The translations under genes and the position numbers were made by a program. This document shows positions 14,343 through 24,824 of a DNA stretch of 64,000 bases, one piece after another. Under the pieces are notes generated by a model, which was given only the letters and a program-made list of their open reading frames with translations, did no database searches and had not been told where the DNA came from. The stretch is taken from NCBI GenBank assembly GCA_965644265.1, contig OZ286461.1, positions 95,046,001-95,110,000 on the forward strand. The letters are read 5' to 3'. This DNA is from Glycera tridactyla. Taxonomy: Eukaryota. Position 1 is the stretch's first letter. Each line of letters begins with the position of its first letter.

Positions 14343-15309
14343 CACACACATTTTTTTAGTGATAGAAATCATGTCAGAGACATATTTCCAGATTGTACTG
14401 GCAACAGGTCCATGAAATGTGTTCCAAATGCCCAAATTATTTTTTGGCTTGTATGGGATTTGAACCATCAACCTTCCAGTTTGGCACCCTCGCCAGCAAC
14501 AAACTGCCAACGCTCTTGTCCCCTGCCCCACGGCAGAACCACAAAAATGGATCTGCAATGGACGCAGTTAAGCCAGAGCGCTGGCAGTGTGTTACCCCCA
14601 GAGGTCAATGTATCACGAAACCTGGCACTCACATTCACACACATTTTTTTAGTGATAGAAATCATGTCAGAGACATATTTCCAGATTGTACTGGCAACAG
14701 GTCCATGAAATGTGTTCCAAATGCCCAAATTATTTTTTGGCTTGTATGGGATTTGAACCATCAACCTTCCAGTTTGGCACCCTCGCCAGCAACAAACTGC
14801 CAACGCTCTTGTCCCCTGCCCCACGGCAGAACCACAAAAATGGATCTGCAATGGACGCAGTTAAGCCAGAGCGCTGGCAGTGTGTTACCCCCAGAGGTCA
14901 ATGTATCACGAAACCTGGCACTCACATTCACACACATTTTTTTAGTGATAGAAATCATGTCAGAGACATATTTCCAGATTGTACTGGCAACAGGTCCATG
15001 AAATGTGTTCCAAATGCCCAAATTATTTTTTGGCTTGTATGGGATTTGAACCATCAACCTTCCAGTTTGGCACCCTCGCCAGCAACAAACTGCCAACGCT
15101 CTTGTCCCCTGCCCCACGGCAGAACCACAAAAATGGATCTGCAATGGACGCAGTTAAGCCAGAGCGCTGGCAGTGTGTTACCCCCAGAGGTCAATGTATC
15201 ACGAAACCTGGCACTCACATTCACACACATTTTTTTAGTGATAGAAATCATGTCAGAGACATATTTCCAGATTGTACTGGCAACAGGTCCATGAAATGTG
15301 TTCCAAATG

Positions 15310-15310
<1 letters not shown>
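14343..15310 (-). repeat. Tandem array of ~3.3 identical 293-bp units with a tRNA-like (B-box) segment
   Basis: Exact 293-bp period (identical ORF translations start at 14393, 14686 and 14979). Each unit contains GGTTCAAATCCC on the minus strand. CA runs bound both ends. Confidence 0.9.

Positions 15311-15384
<74 letters not shown>
15311..15384. repeat. (CA)n microsatellite
   Basis: About 37 perfect CA units. Confidence 0.98.
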
Positions 15385-15386
<2 letters not shown>

Positions 15387-16255
15387 GTGAGTGTGTGGGG
15401 GCAGGGTAAAGGGCATGTATTATCAATTACACGACCAGTTGAGTGAGTTTGACTACCAACATTTGATCCTGTTGGTGGTGGCAATGTTTGAATGTACTAA
15501 GGCAAACCTATTCCCTACCTCTCCGAATGGTAGGGCATAAATCAGTACTAGAAGCCTCACATTTTCACGTGATGGGTTCACTTCAAAACTGTGTCCTCAG
15601 AGTGATGACAGGTCAGGATGACAGGAAATGGCCTCCAATCCCACCTCACAAGTTTCCACACAGTGGTAAATCCACCAAGTATGATGCATACTGTGTATGC
15701 CAAAAGCATATACTGAGAAAGACTATACAATATGTCGGGAGTTTGTTCTTTCATACAAGTGGTATTTTTTTGTATAAAGTCTTGGCAGGTGGTGGTGTGC
15801 TGTGACTGGATGCTACACAGCTGCTTGCCCTGAATCTGTCAAGCCAATTACAGCGACCACACAAAAAGTTCTGACAATGAATACACCGTAGGTCTGAAAT
15901 AATTGATGTTTTTTTGCCAATTCAGGAGTTTACCTTTGACCTTTGGTTGCTGATTTCAGCTGCAACTTTTCTAATGCCCGACACGATTGCTCAATCGTGT
16001 CAGCTGAGTACTTTCCTCAGATCATTTTGGAAGGCATGGGGATTGTTGTTCACTTGTAACTGTCAGCTGTTTGTCTCCTGACAACATATTTTGACGTGTG
16101 TGCTCACTGCACACAATTCGTCGAATTAGTTGAGGGAGTTAAATCAAACAATAGTCTTCAATGTCTGCTATTAGGTTAGTGGATGTAACCCCCCCCCCCC
16201 CCCCCCCGGAGTTGGATGCTGCATTCTCTCTGAAAAATCATAGCAGAGGCAGGCA

Positions 16256-16451
16256 TGTTTGTTTGTTCGAGTTTCGCGTCCTTTTAACCTTCTTGGGTTA
16301 TATCAGACTGAAGTTGCTGCAGAAAAGAGGCATGGCTGCCGGAGGCCGTCCCTGCTCTTGTGCGAAAGACAGAAGTGGTTGTTCAACATGTGTGCAGGAA
16401 CAGACTCCCATACAAACAGTTGGCCTTTGATACCCCAGTCGGCATGCACTG
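16256..16451 (-). mobile_element. SINE-like repeat family 2
   Basis: Homologous to 3866-4068; (GTTT)n tail. Confidence 0.7.
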
Positions 16452-16957
16452 AGTTGTGACTATGTGAGATACGGGTAGCGTATCTAGCCCTCGGGTTGGA
16501 TCAGCATACACTCTCATATACATCATCTCTCTTCTTGGTGTATCCCGGGGCAGTTTTGTCTTTTCTTGCCCTACAAGAAGTTGATCACATCATTTGATGC
16601 CAGTATGTGCACCCATCACACTTAGTGACATTCTGTGTACTCATCACATCACTCGGTGAGTTATGTATTTATCATACTATTTGCTGACAGTTTTGAATAT
16701 CACAAATAACATAACATAACAAAACATCGGAGGTTCCGGTTCCGGTTGAAGTCAACCAGAAGACCCTATTACTATGCTCCTCTAAATCTGGATATATCAC
16801 AACCATCTGACTGGTAGAAGAACAACAAACAACAGGAACTGTTACATTATCTGATCTGGATTGTGCACATGTGTTTCGTTGGATCATACTATCTGTGAAA
16901 TCAGCCTATTGGACTACATAAACATTTGGTGGCCCGAGAGGCTACAGGTGGTTCAAC

Positions 16958-17944
16958 ATGGCGGATGTCGCCAGCCAGGATATGGTGAGGCCAGTATTTC
17001 TGAAGGAGGCCGATATCCTGAGTGAAGAAGCCCTGACTGTGAGAGGACTATGTGCTGCAGCAGAAGCAGTGACAGGATATAACACTATTGATGGTGCTCA
17101 GAATATTAGAGGTCTATGGAGATTGTACCCCAAAACTGAGGATGCAAGAGCTGAACTCCTGCTGAGTGGACTAACTTTATCAGGCATGCACATGACTTTG
17201 TGGGACCGAAACCCATTCCTGTTACATGACAACAAAGGGGAAGAGGTTCCAACCACTAGGTTGCTTGTATCAGACATTCCGTTGTCATATACCAACGAGG
17301 ATATTATCAAAGCCCTGGAAGCCATTGGATGTGTTTTCATGTCAAAATTGATATACGAGTGTGATCGTGATGAGAACAGGCGTCTCACCAGGTGGAAGAC
17401 TGGCAGGAGATTTGCCTACATAGCTATCCCTCCAGCACCCCTAGTGAGGTCACTCAGAGTTGGACTATTTGAAGCACGGCTCTATCACAAAGAACAAAAA
17501 CTCAGCATGCAGAGATCTACAGCAACCTGCTACCAGTGCCTGCAACCTGGCCACTTCCAGAGGGAATGTGTTAATCAGATTAGATGCCGGGTGTGCAGGA
17601 AGGAAGGACATAAGGCGGGAGATGCTGTATGCAGGTTGGTGCCAACGGAGAGAGAGGCACAGCTGCTGGAGGAGGGGGAGGTACAGGAGGATGACCAGCG
17701 TGAGCCATCCAGTCACCCTGATGGGGTGGATAACGGTATGGGGGAGGGCAGCGAGGATGATGACCAGCCAACCCCCACAGACACACCCAAGCAGCAGAGC
17801 TCCTTAACGAAATGGATAAATCGCAAGAAGGAGAAGCGTAATCCAACATCACCCTGTGAGGTCAGATCTAATGGCAAGCCAGCCAAAATTACCAAGCATG
17901 GTGGATCATTTGAGAAGAAAGTGGAGGTGAAGACTGGTACTTGA
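16958..17944 (+). CDS. LINE ORF1 nucleic-acid-binding protein (328 aa)
   Basis: Zinc knuckles CYQCLQPGHFQREC (CX2CX4HX4C) and CRVCRKEGHKAGDAVC, followed by an acidic/basic disordered tail. Lies directly upstream of ORF2. Confidence 0.92.
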   Translation: MADVASQDMVRPVFLKEADILSEEALTVRGLCAAAEAVTGYNTIDGAQNIRGLWRLYPKTEDARAELLLSGLTLSGMHMTLWDRNPFLLHDNKGEEVPTTRLLVSDIPLSYTNEDIIKALEAIGCVFMSKLIYECDRDENRRLTRWKTGRRFAYIAIPPAPLVRSLRVGLFEARLYHKEQKLSMQRSTATCYQCLQPGHFQRECVNQIRCRVCRKEGHKAGDAVCRLVPTEREAQLLEEGEVQEDDQREPSSHPDGVDNGMGEGSEDDDQPTPTDTPKQQSSLTKWINRKKEKRNPTSPCEVRSNGKPAKITKHGGSFEKKVEVKTGT

Positions 17945-18020
17945 TATTTTATTGCCATGCAAGGACTGATCTATGGATAATGATCTTGGAATGCCCCTGG
18001 ACATAATGCAACCCTGAATA

Positions 18021-21000
18021 ATGGTCAAAATACTCTCTATAAATTGCCGTGGTTTGAGGAATATTTTGAAGAGGAAATCGATGTTTCGAATGTTCAAAAA
18101 AGAAAAATATGATATAATTTGTTTACAGGAAACCTACATCACAGAAGCTGACACTGAGGCATGGACAAAACAATGGGGTGGGCCTTTATATGCCTCTTAT
18201 GGCACGGTCCATAGCAAAGGCTTGGTAATTTTATTGAGGAAAAATAGTCAGCTGGAAAATATCAGTTTCCAAGCTAGTTGTGACCGTATCATATCTCTTT
18301 CTTTTGTGCTGATGCAGAAGAAAATTACTGTGCTAAATGTGCATGCTCCTAACCAGGATAATGAAAAACATGCTTTTCTTTTACAGCTCGAAACTTTATA
18401 TAACACACTGGATGCAGAAGATGGCTCTCTGATTGTGGGTGATTTTAACATGGTTCAAAATAACAAACTTGATATCATATCAGGAAGTCCCCATAATCAG
18501 AGAATCAGCACACTTTTTGAATCAACATTGAGCATCCTCAATGTTTTTGATGTATGGAGGATGCTCCATGGTGAGGAAAAACAGTATACCTGGTGCAAAA
18601 CTAACCCTTTTATTGCCAGACGTTTGGATTATTCTCTAGTCTCAGAACAGCTGTTGGACAGATTAATATCCTGTGAAATAATTCCTGTACCTAACACTGA
18701 CCATAATGGGGTGGTAACTGAGTTACAGCTGCAAGATGTGAAACGCGGGAAATCTCATTGGAAATTCAATGAACAGCTATTGAATTTGCCAGAATATGTT
18801 GCAATGATAAATAATTTGATTGAGAAGACAAAGAATTCACCTGCGAATGTAAGTGCCCAGCAAAAATGGGATTTGTGCAAGATTAAGATAAAAGAATCCT
18901 CCATCAATTTTTCAAAACGGCGAGCCAAGATTGTATGTGACCATCAAAAATTATTGCAATCGAAGCTGAAAAATCAAGAGCTCGCCTTGTCCACAAATCC
19001 ACATGATGGTGATTTGCTGGAACTTATGAAAGACACAAAATTGGCACTTGATTTATATGCTCTGCAGGTAGCCCAAGGGGCGCAAATAAGATCACGGGTC
19101 AGATGGATAGAAGAAGGTGAAAAGAACACAAAATATTTTTTGAATTTGGAAAAGGCTAATGCATCTTCGAAAACCATAACATCCCTAAAAGATGAATATG
19201 GCAAATCCCACTCAGAACAATCCACTATACTTAACATTCAACAGCAGTTTTATAGCAGACTGTATTCCAAGAAATTTGAGTTTTCCTCAGTAACTGAAAC
19301 AATAGAAAGATTTTGTGATGATTTAGACATACCTAACTTGAGTGAAGCTGAAAAAGAATCTTGTGAAGGGCCTGCTACATTAGCAGAATTAGATGATGCC
19401 CTAAAACACCTGAACAGTGTCTCAGCACCAGGCTCAGATGGCCTGACAGTGCCTTTTTATAAATGTTTTTGGGACCAGATAAAAGAGATGGTACTAGACT
19501 CGGTCAACTCATCTCTTGAGGCGGGTTCTCTGTCAACCCTACAGAAACAAGGGATAATAACGCTCTTCCACAAGGGTAAAGGGTTAGCTCGTGATGAGCT
19601 GAATAATTGGAGACCGATTACTCTTACAAACACTGATTATAAAATAATCACAAAAGTGCTAGCAATTCGCATGCAAGCAGTGGTTAAAAGTATCATACAC
19701 AACAATCAAGTGGGATATATCAAAGGTCGTAACATATCAACAATCATTCGTACTATAGATGATGTGATAGAATTCATAGATGTAAATAATGATACAGGGG
19801 CAATAATCGCTCTTGATTATGCAAAAGCTTTTGATTCCATCAACAAACAGTTCATGTGTAAGGTGTTCCAGTTGTTTGGGTTTGGTGATACCTTCGTGAA
19901 ATGGGTGGAGACTATCACAGCTAAAACAGTAAGCTGTGTTAGTCACTGTGGCTGGAAAACACAATATTTCAATGCTGACAGTGGTATAAGGCAGGGTTGT
20001 CCATTCTCACCATTAGCATTCATTTTAGCAGTTGAACTGCTCGCTTTGAAAATACGGCAAACTGATGGGATTGAAGGTATACAACTCCCAAGAACCAACC
20101 TAGGGCAGGATGTATGCATAAAAATTTTACAGTATGCAGATGACACAACACTTCTTCTCAAAGATCAAAATGATGTCATCAATGCCCTTACTTTGATTGA
20201 ACAATATGCAAAGTTCAGTGGTCTAAATCTGAATAGAAATAAAAGTGAAGCGATGTGGTTGGGCTGTTTGAAAGATTCCAGAGAATGTGTGGGAGGTATA
20301 ACTTGGAAGTTTGAGAATCCACAAGTGGAAATACTTGGGGTCATATTCAGCAACAGGGAGAGGGTTTCAGAGATAAAAGAAAATTGGGAAGGCAGAATTG
20401 AAAGAGTAATAAGACTGATAAAAACATGGGAAAAACGGGACCTCTCAATCATAGGAAAAATTCACATAGTTAAGACATTTTTACTATCACAATTTGTTTA
20501 CCTCATGCAATCAATTTGCCTACCTGATACAACTCTCAGGGAGATAAATACAATTATTTTCAAATTCATATGGAAAAAGCGACATAACAATAGGAAAGCA
20601 TTTGAGAAGGTACGTAGAAATGTTGTTTGCAGCAGTACCAAACATGGTGGCCTGAACATGATAAGCATTATTGATATGCAACAGTCTTTTCTAATTGAAT
20701 GGGTGAAAAAGATATGGTTCAATCAAGAAGAATATTGGGCACATTTACCATCTTTTCACTTGAATCAACTTGGTCCACATTTTGCAATATTGAGATCAAA
20801 TGTGTGCAAAAAGTCCTGTATAGGCTTAGAACGGGTGAAATCACAATTCTGGAGAAAAGTTGTCATAGCTTGGCTTGAAAATCAGGTAAAATTGTCTTTG
20901 AATGACATTGCCCCCAATGAAATAAAATACCAGTGCATATGGAACAATCGCAATTTAACTTACCAGGGGAGAGTACTATTTATGCACGAATGGATGGAAA

Positions 21001-21734
21001 AAGGGCTGATATCTGTTGGAGACCTGTATTGTGAAGGGCACTTCATGTCATACATTGAATTGGTAAATAAAATTGGTTACACACCTGCTCTTTTATTACA
21101 ATATAACGTTGTGAAAAATGCCCTACCAGCAGGGTGGAAAAATGTTCTTGAAGATACTGGTCCTTTTAGAAACCCCACATTAGGGGAAAATGATATCAGC
21201 TTGTTGACTGCTAGAAAGACGCGTGAACTGATCACAATAGGGAAGTGGAAGGCTCCTTGCAGTGTAAACTTCTGGGCCAACAAATATATTGGTTTAGAAC
21301 TAGGCCCCAATCACTGGAGTTTGGCTTTTGAAGTAGCAAGTGAGACAAGATTGAGGACATTACAATGGAAAATTCTCCACAATATTTATCCTACCCAGAT
21401 ACTGCTGATGAAAATGGGTGTGACTGACAATAACAGATGTCCCTATTGTAATGAGGTGGATTATATTGAACATTTTTTCTATGTATGCCCTGTGGCACAA
21501 TCTATCTGGTCTCATGTGGAGCAGAAATTATCTAATATCTGGGATCAGAACATTTTGCTTGATGAAAAAACTGTCTTGTTCGGATTGCTTGAAGGCTACA
21601 ACAATGCTTTGAGAAAACTTATCAATCTTTATGTATTAATTGGGAAGATGTGTATATCTAAGTTTAAATATGGCTCCTATCATGATATCAAATCTCTTTT
21701 TGATTATGAAGTCAAACTTCGAGAAAAAGTGTAG
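18021..21734 (+). CDS. LINE ORF2: APE endonuclease, reverse transcriptase and C-terminal zinc motif (1237 aa, uninterrupted)
   Basis: APE motifs SINCRGL, LQET, GDFN, RLDY and TDH. RT motifs PGSDG, WRPITL, LDYAKAFDS, GIRQGCPFSP and YADD. C-terminal CPYC...HFFYVC. Confidence 0.97.
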   Translation: MVKILSINCRGLRNILKRKSMFRMFKKEKYDIICLQETYITEADTEAWTKQWGGPLYASYGTVHSKGLVILLRKNSQLENISFQASCDRIISLSFVLMQKKITVLNVHAPNQDNEKHAFLLQLETLYNTLDAEDGSLIVGDFNMVQNNKLDIISGSPHNQRISTLFESTLSILNVFDVWRMLHGEEKQYTWCKTNPFIARRLDYSLVSEQLLDRLISCEIIPVPNTDHNGVVTELQLQDVKRGKSHWKFNEQLLNLPEYVAMINNLIEKTKNSPANVSAQQKWDLCKIKIKESSINFSKRRAKIVCDHQKLLQSKLKNQELALSTNPHDGDLLELMKDTKLALDLYALQVAQGAQIRSRVRWIEEGEKNTKYFLNLEKANASSKTITSLKDEYGKSHSEQSTILNIQQQFYSRLYSKKFEFSSVTETIERFCDDLDIPNLSEAEKESCEGPATLAELDDALKHLNSVSAPGSDGLTVPFYKCFWDQIKEMVLDSVNSSLEAGSLSTLQKQGIITLFHKGKGLARDELNNWRPITLTNTDYKIITKVLAIRMQAVVKSIIHNNQVGYIKGRNISTIIRTIDDVIEFIDVNNDTGAIIALDYAKAFDSINKQFMCKVFQLFGFGDTFVKWVETITAKTVSCVSHCGWKTQYFNADSGIRQGCPFSPLAFILAVELLALKIRQTDGIEGIQLPRTNLGQDVCIKILQYADDTTLLLKDQNDVINALTLIEQYAKFSGLNLNRNKSEAMWLGCLKDSRECVGGITWKFENPQVEILGVIFSNRERVSEIKENWEGRIERVIRLIKTWEKRDLSIIGKIHIVKTFLLSQFVYLMQSICLPDTTLREINTIIFKFIWKKRHNNRKAFEKVRRNVVCSSTKHGGLNMISIIDMQQSFLIEWVKKIWFNQEEYWAHLPSFHLNQLGPHFAILRSNVCKKSCIGLERVKSQFWRKVVIAWLENQVKLSLNDIAPNEIKYQCIWNNRNLTYQGRVLFMHEWMEKGLISVGDLYCEGHFMSYIELVNKIGYTPALLLQYNVVKNALPAGWKNVLEDTGPFRNPTLGENDISLLTARKTRELITIGKWKAPCSVNFWANKYIGLELGPNHWSLAFEVASETRLRTLQWKILHNIYPTQILLMKMGVTDNNRCPYCNEVDYIEHFFYVCPVAQSIWSHVEQKLSNIWDQNILLDEKTVLFGLLEGYNNALRKLINLYVLIGKMCISKFKYGSYHDIKSLFDYEVKLREKV

Positions 21735-22534
21735 AACATGGTAGTCAAAATATGTAATGATCAGTGTGTGGTATGATGGGGGTTAGCTTCTCCTGGCCCC
21801 TCTGAAATGAATGTCAAGCTGTGAATGTAGAGACGAGGGTCAGGGGAGGAGGAGCAGACTCTAGACACAGTCAACAAGCATGAGGTGTGTGATCATGCAG
21901 TATACTATATGCTAGAAATATCCATGGGGATGTGAAGCTCATTGACCTTGATAATTGGAACCATATTTTGATGAGCAGGCGTCTAGCATTGGGTCGCGGA
22001 TGGGGAGAGTGGACCCCTTGCTGTGGTGTAATAGAAACTGACAAGTTGAAGGTACTGGCCACTCATGATCAGGTGTGTTGGCCATCATCATTGTAAATAC
22101 CTGGTTTTGTATTTTTTGTAAATAAATGTTGATTTAAAAAAAAAATAAAAAAAAAAAAAAAAATATATATATATAACAAAACATAACATAACATAACATA
22201 GTTTATTTTTATAAGCTCAACACAACGGAAATGGGCATATATTGTCCGCGCGTGAGCGCTGAAAAAAAATACATATGGGAAACGGCTAAGTACTCCCAGC
22301 AAGGTAACCAATTCAAAAGATTAACTGACCCACAGCAGTACTCATGTAGCTACTAGGGACGACACTGGAATCACATCAAGCTCATATTATACAAGTCAAG
22401 ATAGGCGTAATGGGCATTATTAGAACTGGAGACAATCAGCCATAGCAGGCACTTAAGACTGGTTTGCGCCCCCCCCCCCCCCCCCCCACACACATAGATT
22501 GATTTCATGATCATTCGTATACGTAAATTAATCA

Positions 22535-23212
22535 TTATAAATGCTTATAGTAGTATTCACGTAGTGCCCTCTTGTACGAGAGTGTAGATGTAGCGTTTTG
22601 CAGTTCAGTCGGGCGTGCATTCCACACAGAGATTGCCCTATACATAAAGGAGCATCTGCCGATCTCGGTTTTCCGGCGCGGCAGATTCATACCTCCGCCA
22701 CATAAATGCCGTGTACGTAGTGTTTCTCTGTGGTAATCCGGCATTTGACCCGAAAACAAGTCATATAGATGTGCAGATGTTTCCCTGTGACGGATTTTAA
22801 ATGTTTCTAGTAGTGTCTGCTTACTCCGACACGTGCTGAGACTAAGTAGGTTACATTGTTTCAAGAGAGTTTCTCGTGGTATCTCAGGGCCAGATTGTGC
22901 TACACACCGCAACAGATCATAGAAAGCAGAGTCTAGTTTAGCCAATAGGGTTTTGTTCCCGCCCCCATAGATTGTGTTCCCATAATTTACAGGTGATATT
23001 AAGACCATTAAAGCAAGTTGTCTTGCCGATCGTAGATCCATGTATGGTCTATTCCTTCGCAATTGGGCGGTGCGTCTGCGCAGGTCTTTGGTTAACTTCG
23101 TTATGTGATACATAAAAGACAGATTGTCATCGAGAAGCAGACCGAGATATTTCACTTGATGGATGTGTGCAATTGATATTCTTTTATGGTCCCCATAGAA
23201 TACCATAAACAC
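22535..23212 (-). pseudogene. 5'-truncated L2/CR1-group LINE ORF2 C-terminus
   Basis: KYLGLLLDDNLSFMYHI and SFMYRAISVWN are typical post-RT motifs. Downstream on the minus strand, AATAAA (~22202-22207) is followed by a (TATGT)n tail that the Tx1 element interrupts. Confidence 0.85.
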
Positions 23213-23899
23213 TCACAGATTTCCCAATGAATTGAGAAATGTTGTCTCACAGACATTTTTGTTATTACCTGCATATCTCTTGACTATTCATCCCCATGTT
23301 ATCGTTTTTTTGTAAGCAAATCATTCTCCTAGACGATGCCAGTCAACCGGATGAGAGCTCCCAACTTGAGGGTAATAATATCTACATTCATTTGAATAAC
23401 ATTTGAGTAAATAAGGCATATTTTTTCATACATATCCTCAGAACCATTTGACCTTAGTGATACTTTATTGTTTTTGGCAATTGCCTTGGACATTATCACA
23501 ATGATGCGATTGTATGTATGTACACTTTTAGGGATGTATGAATGGATATCTACAACTCAATATCTGGTCCCACTTATTACGTGCATGTGAAATCCACATG
23601 ACCCTAAAGCATTAGGTTCGAGTTTGGGGAATGCCTGATAACACCAATTCTAGTTAAATCAACCCAATCCAATGGAAATATAAATGACTTGGATTGCGGG
23701 ATGTCCAAACGACAGGAAAATGACTTAAGAAACAGTCCGTATCTAACAGTGGAGTGATTGGTTGGTTGGTTGTTTTACGTCCCATGAGCACCATCTAGGC
23801 TATTTTTGAAGAGCGCATGCAATTGGCATGTGAGTGTTTATGTGAGTGTCATAGCTGCGAGATTTAACTAGTCGATATGTTGGAGCACCACTTGGCAAC

Positions 23900-24230
23900 T
23901 GAAAAAGTGGATCGTTCAGTTTTAGACTTTTCCAAGTCATTTGATGAAGTGGCCCATCGACTTCTATACAAATGGTGATATTATGACATATGTGACTAAA
24001 GCCTTAAATTGCATCTGAAGTTGGTTAATGGGTAGATCACGAGTGGCAGAGGTAAAATAGTGGTCTCGAAAGGGTATTGCAGTTTTTTCCGGCATGCCTT
24101 AGAGGACAGTACTGCATTTCAGGCAAATATCTACATATAGTCGATAATGCTACATATTTGGGTGTTGAGCTCACACAGAACTGACCATGTGAGACACCTT
24201 CAATAGGTCACCGGTTGAGCAAACAATACA
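23900..24230 (+). pseudogene. Decayed CR1-like RT fragment
   Basis: Translates as SVLDFSKSFDEVAHRLLYKW* (compare CR1 LDFSKAFDKVPH), with TYLGVEL further on; contains stops and frameshifts. Confidence 0.65.
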
Positions 24231-24824
24231 CAGAATCCTCTGAGGAAACCCAATAGAGCACCAAGCGACTTGTGAAGAGCTTGGAATTTACATAATTAAT
24301 GGTGAGTTAAACGAGACTTACCTTGGTAAGGTGTAAGTTTGACGTACAACATTTGGGAAGACTGCTACGAGAGTTTGTACGAGAGAGGGCGCTACAATCG
24401 ACCGCATAATAATCACTTTTTAAAGCTATAATTCTATTTATCTGAGAGAGTCTATATAAATATGAGAGTTCCACCATAGGGTGGGCCATGCGGCGGGCCC
24501 ATAAACTCTTGTAGCAGTCTTCCCAAATGTTGTACGTCAAACTTACACCTTACCAAGGTAAGTCTCGTTTAACTATCCAACATTTGTGAAGACGCTACTC
24601 CGTTTCTAGGAGATTTCAAAGCTTAATGATAAATAGAATTAGCATACCTTCATTTGTAAGGCTCTTTGCTGTAACTCTATGGTTTCATATACTATTCTGT
24701 ATATAAAACTCTGTGAGGGGAGTATGCCAACTCTTCTTGGGAAATCATATTCTTTTGTAGAATATGCAAAAGCTTCCATCACCAATTGTGTGATTACACA
24801 ACATATATACACATGCATAAATAG

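Larger units (their letters stand above)
16728..22172 (+). mobile_element. Full-length L1-clade (Tx1-like) non-LTR retrotransposon
   Basis: 5'UTR, ORF1, ORF2 and 3'UTR, then AATAAA near 22121 and a poly(A) run at ~22136-22163. 12-bp TSD ATAACAAAACAT at 16716-16727 and 22173-22184. Confidence 0.95.

Noticed and set aside
14343-15310. Possible retrozyme (hammerhead tandem array)
   Set aside because: No CUGAnGA...GAAA core on either strand of the unit.
14310-15484. Several 120-202 aa ORFs
   Set aside because: They are products of the 293-bp repeat and the (CA)n tract; the translations repeat exactly and show no domain.
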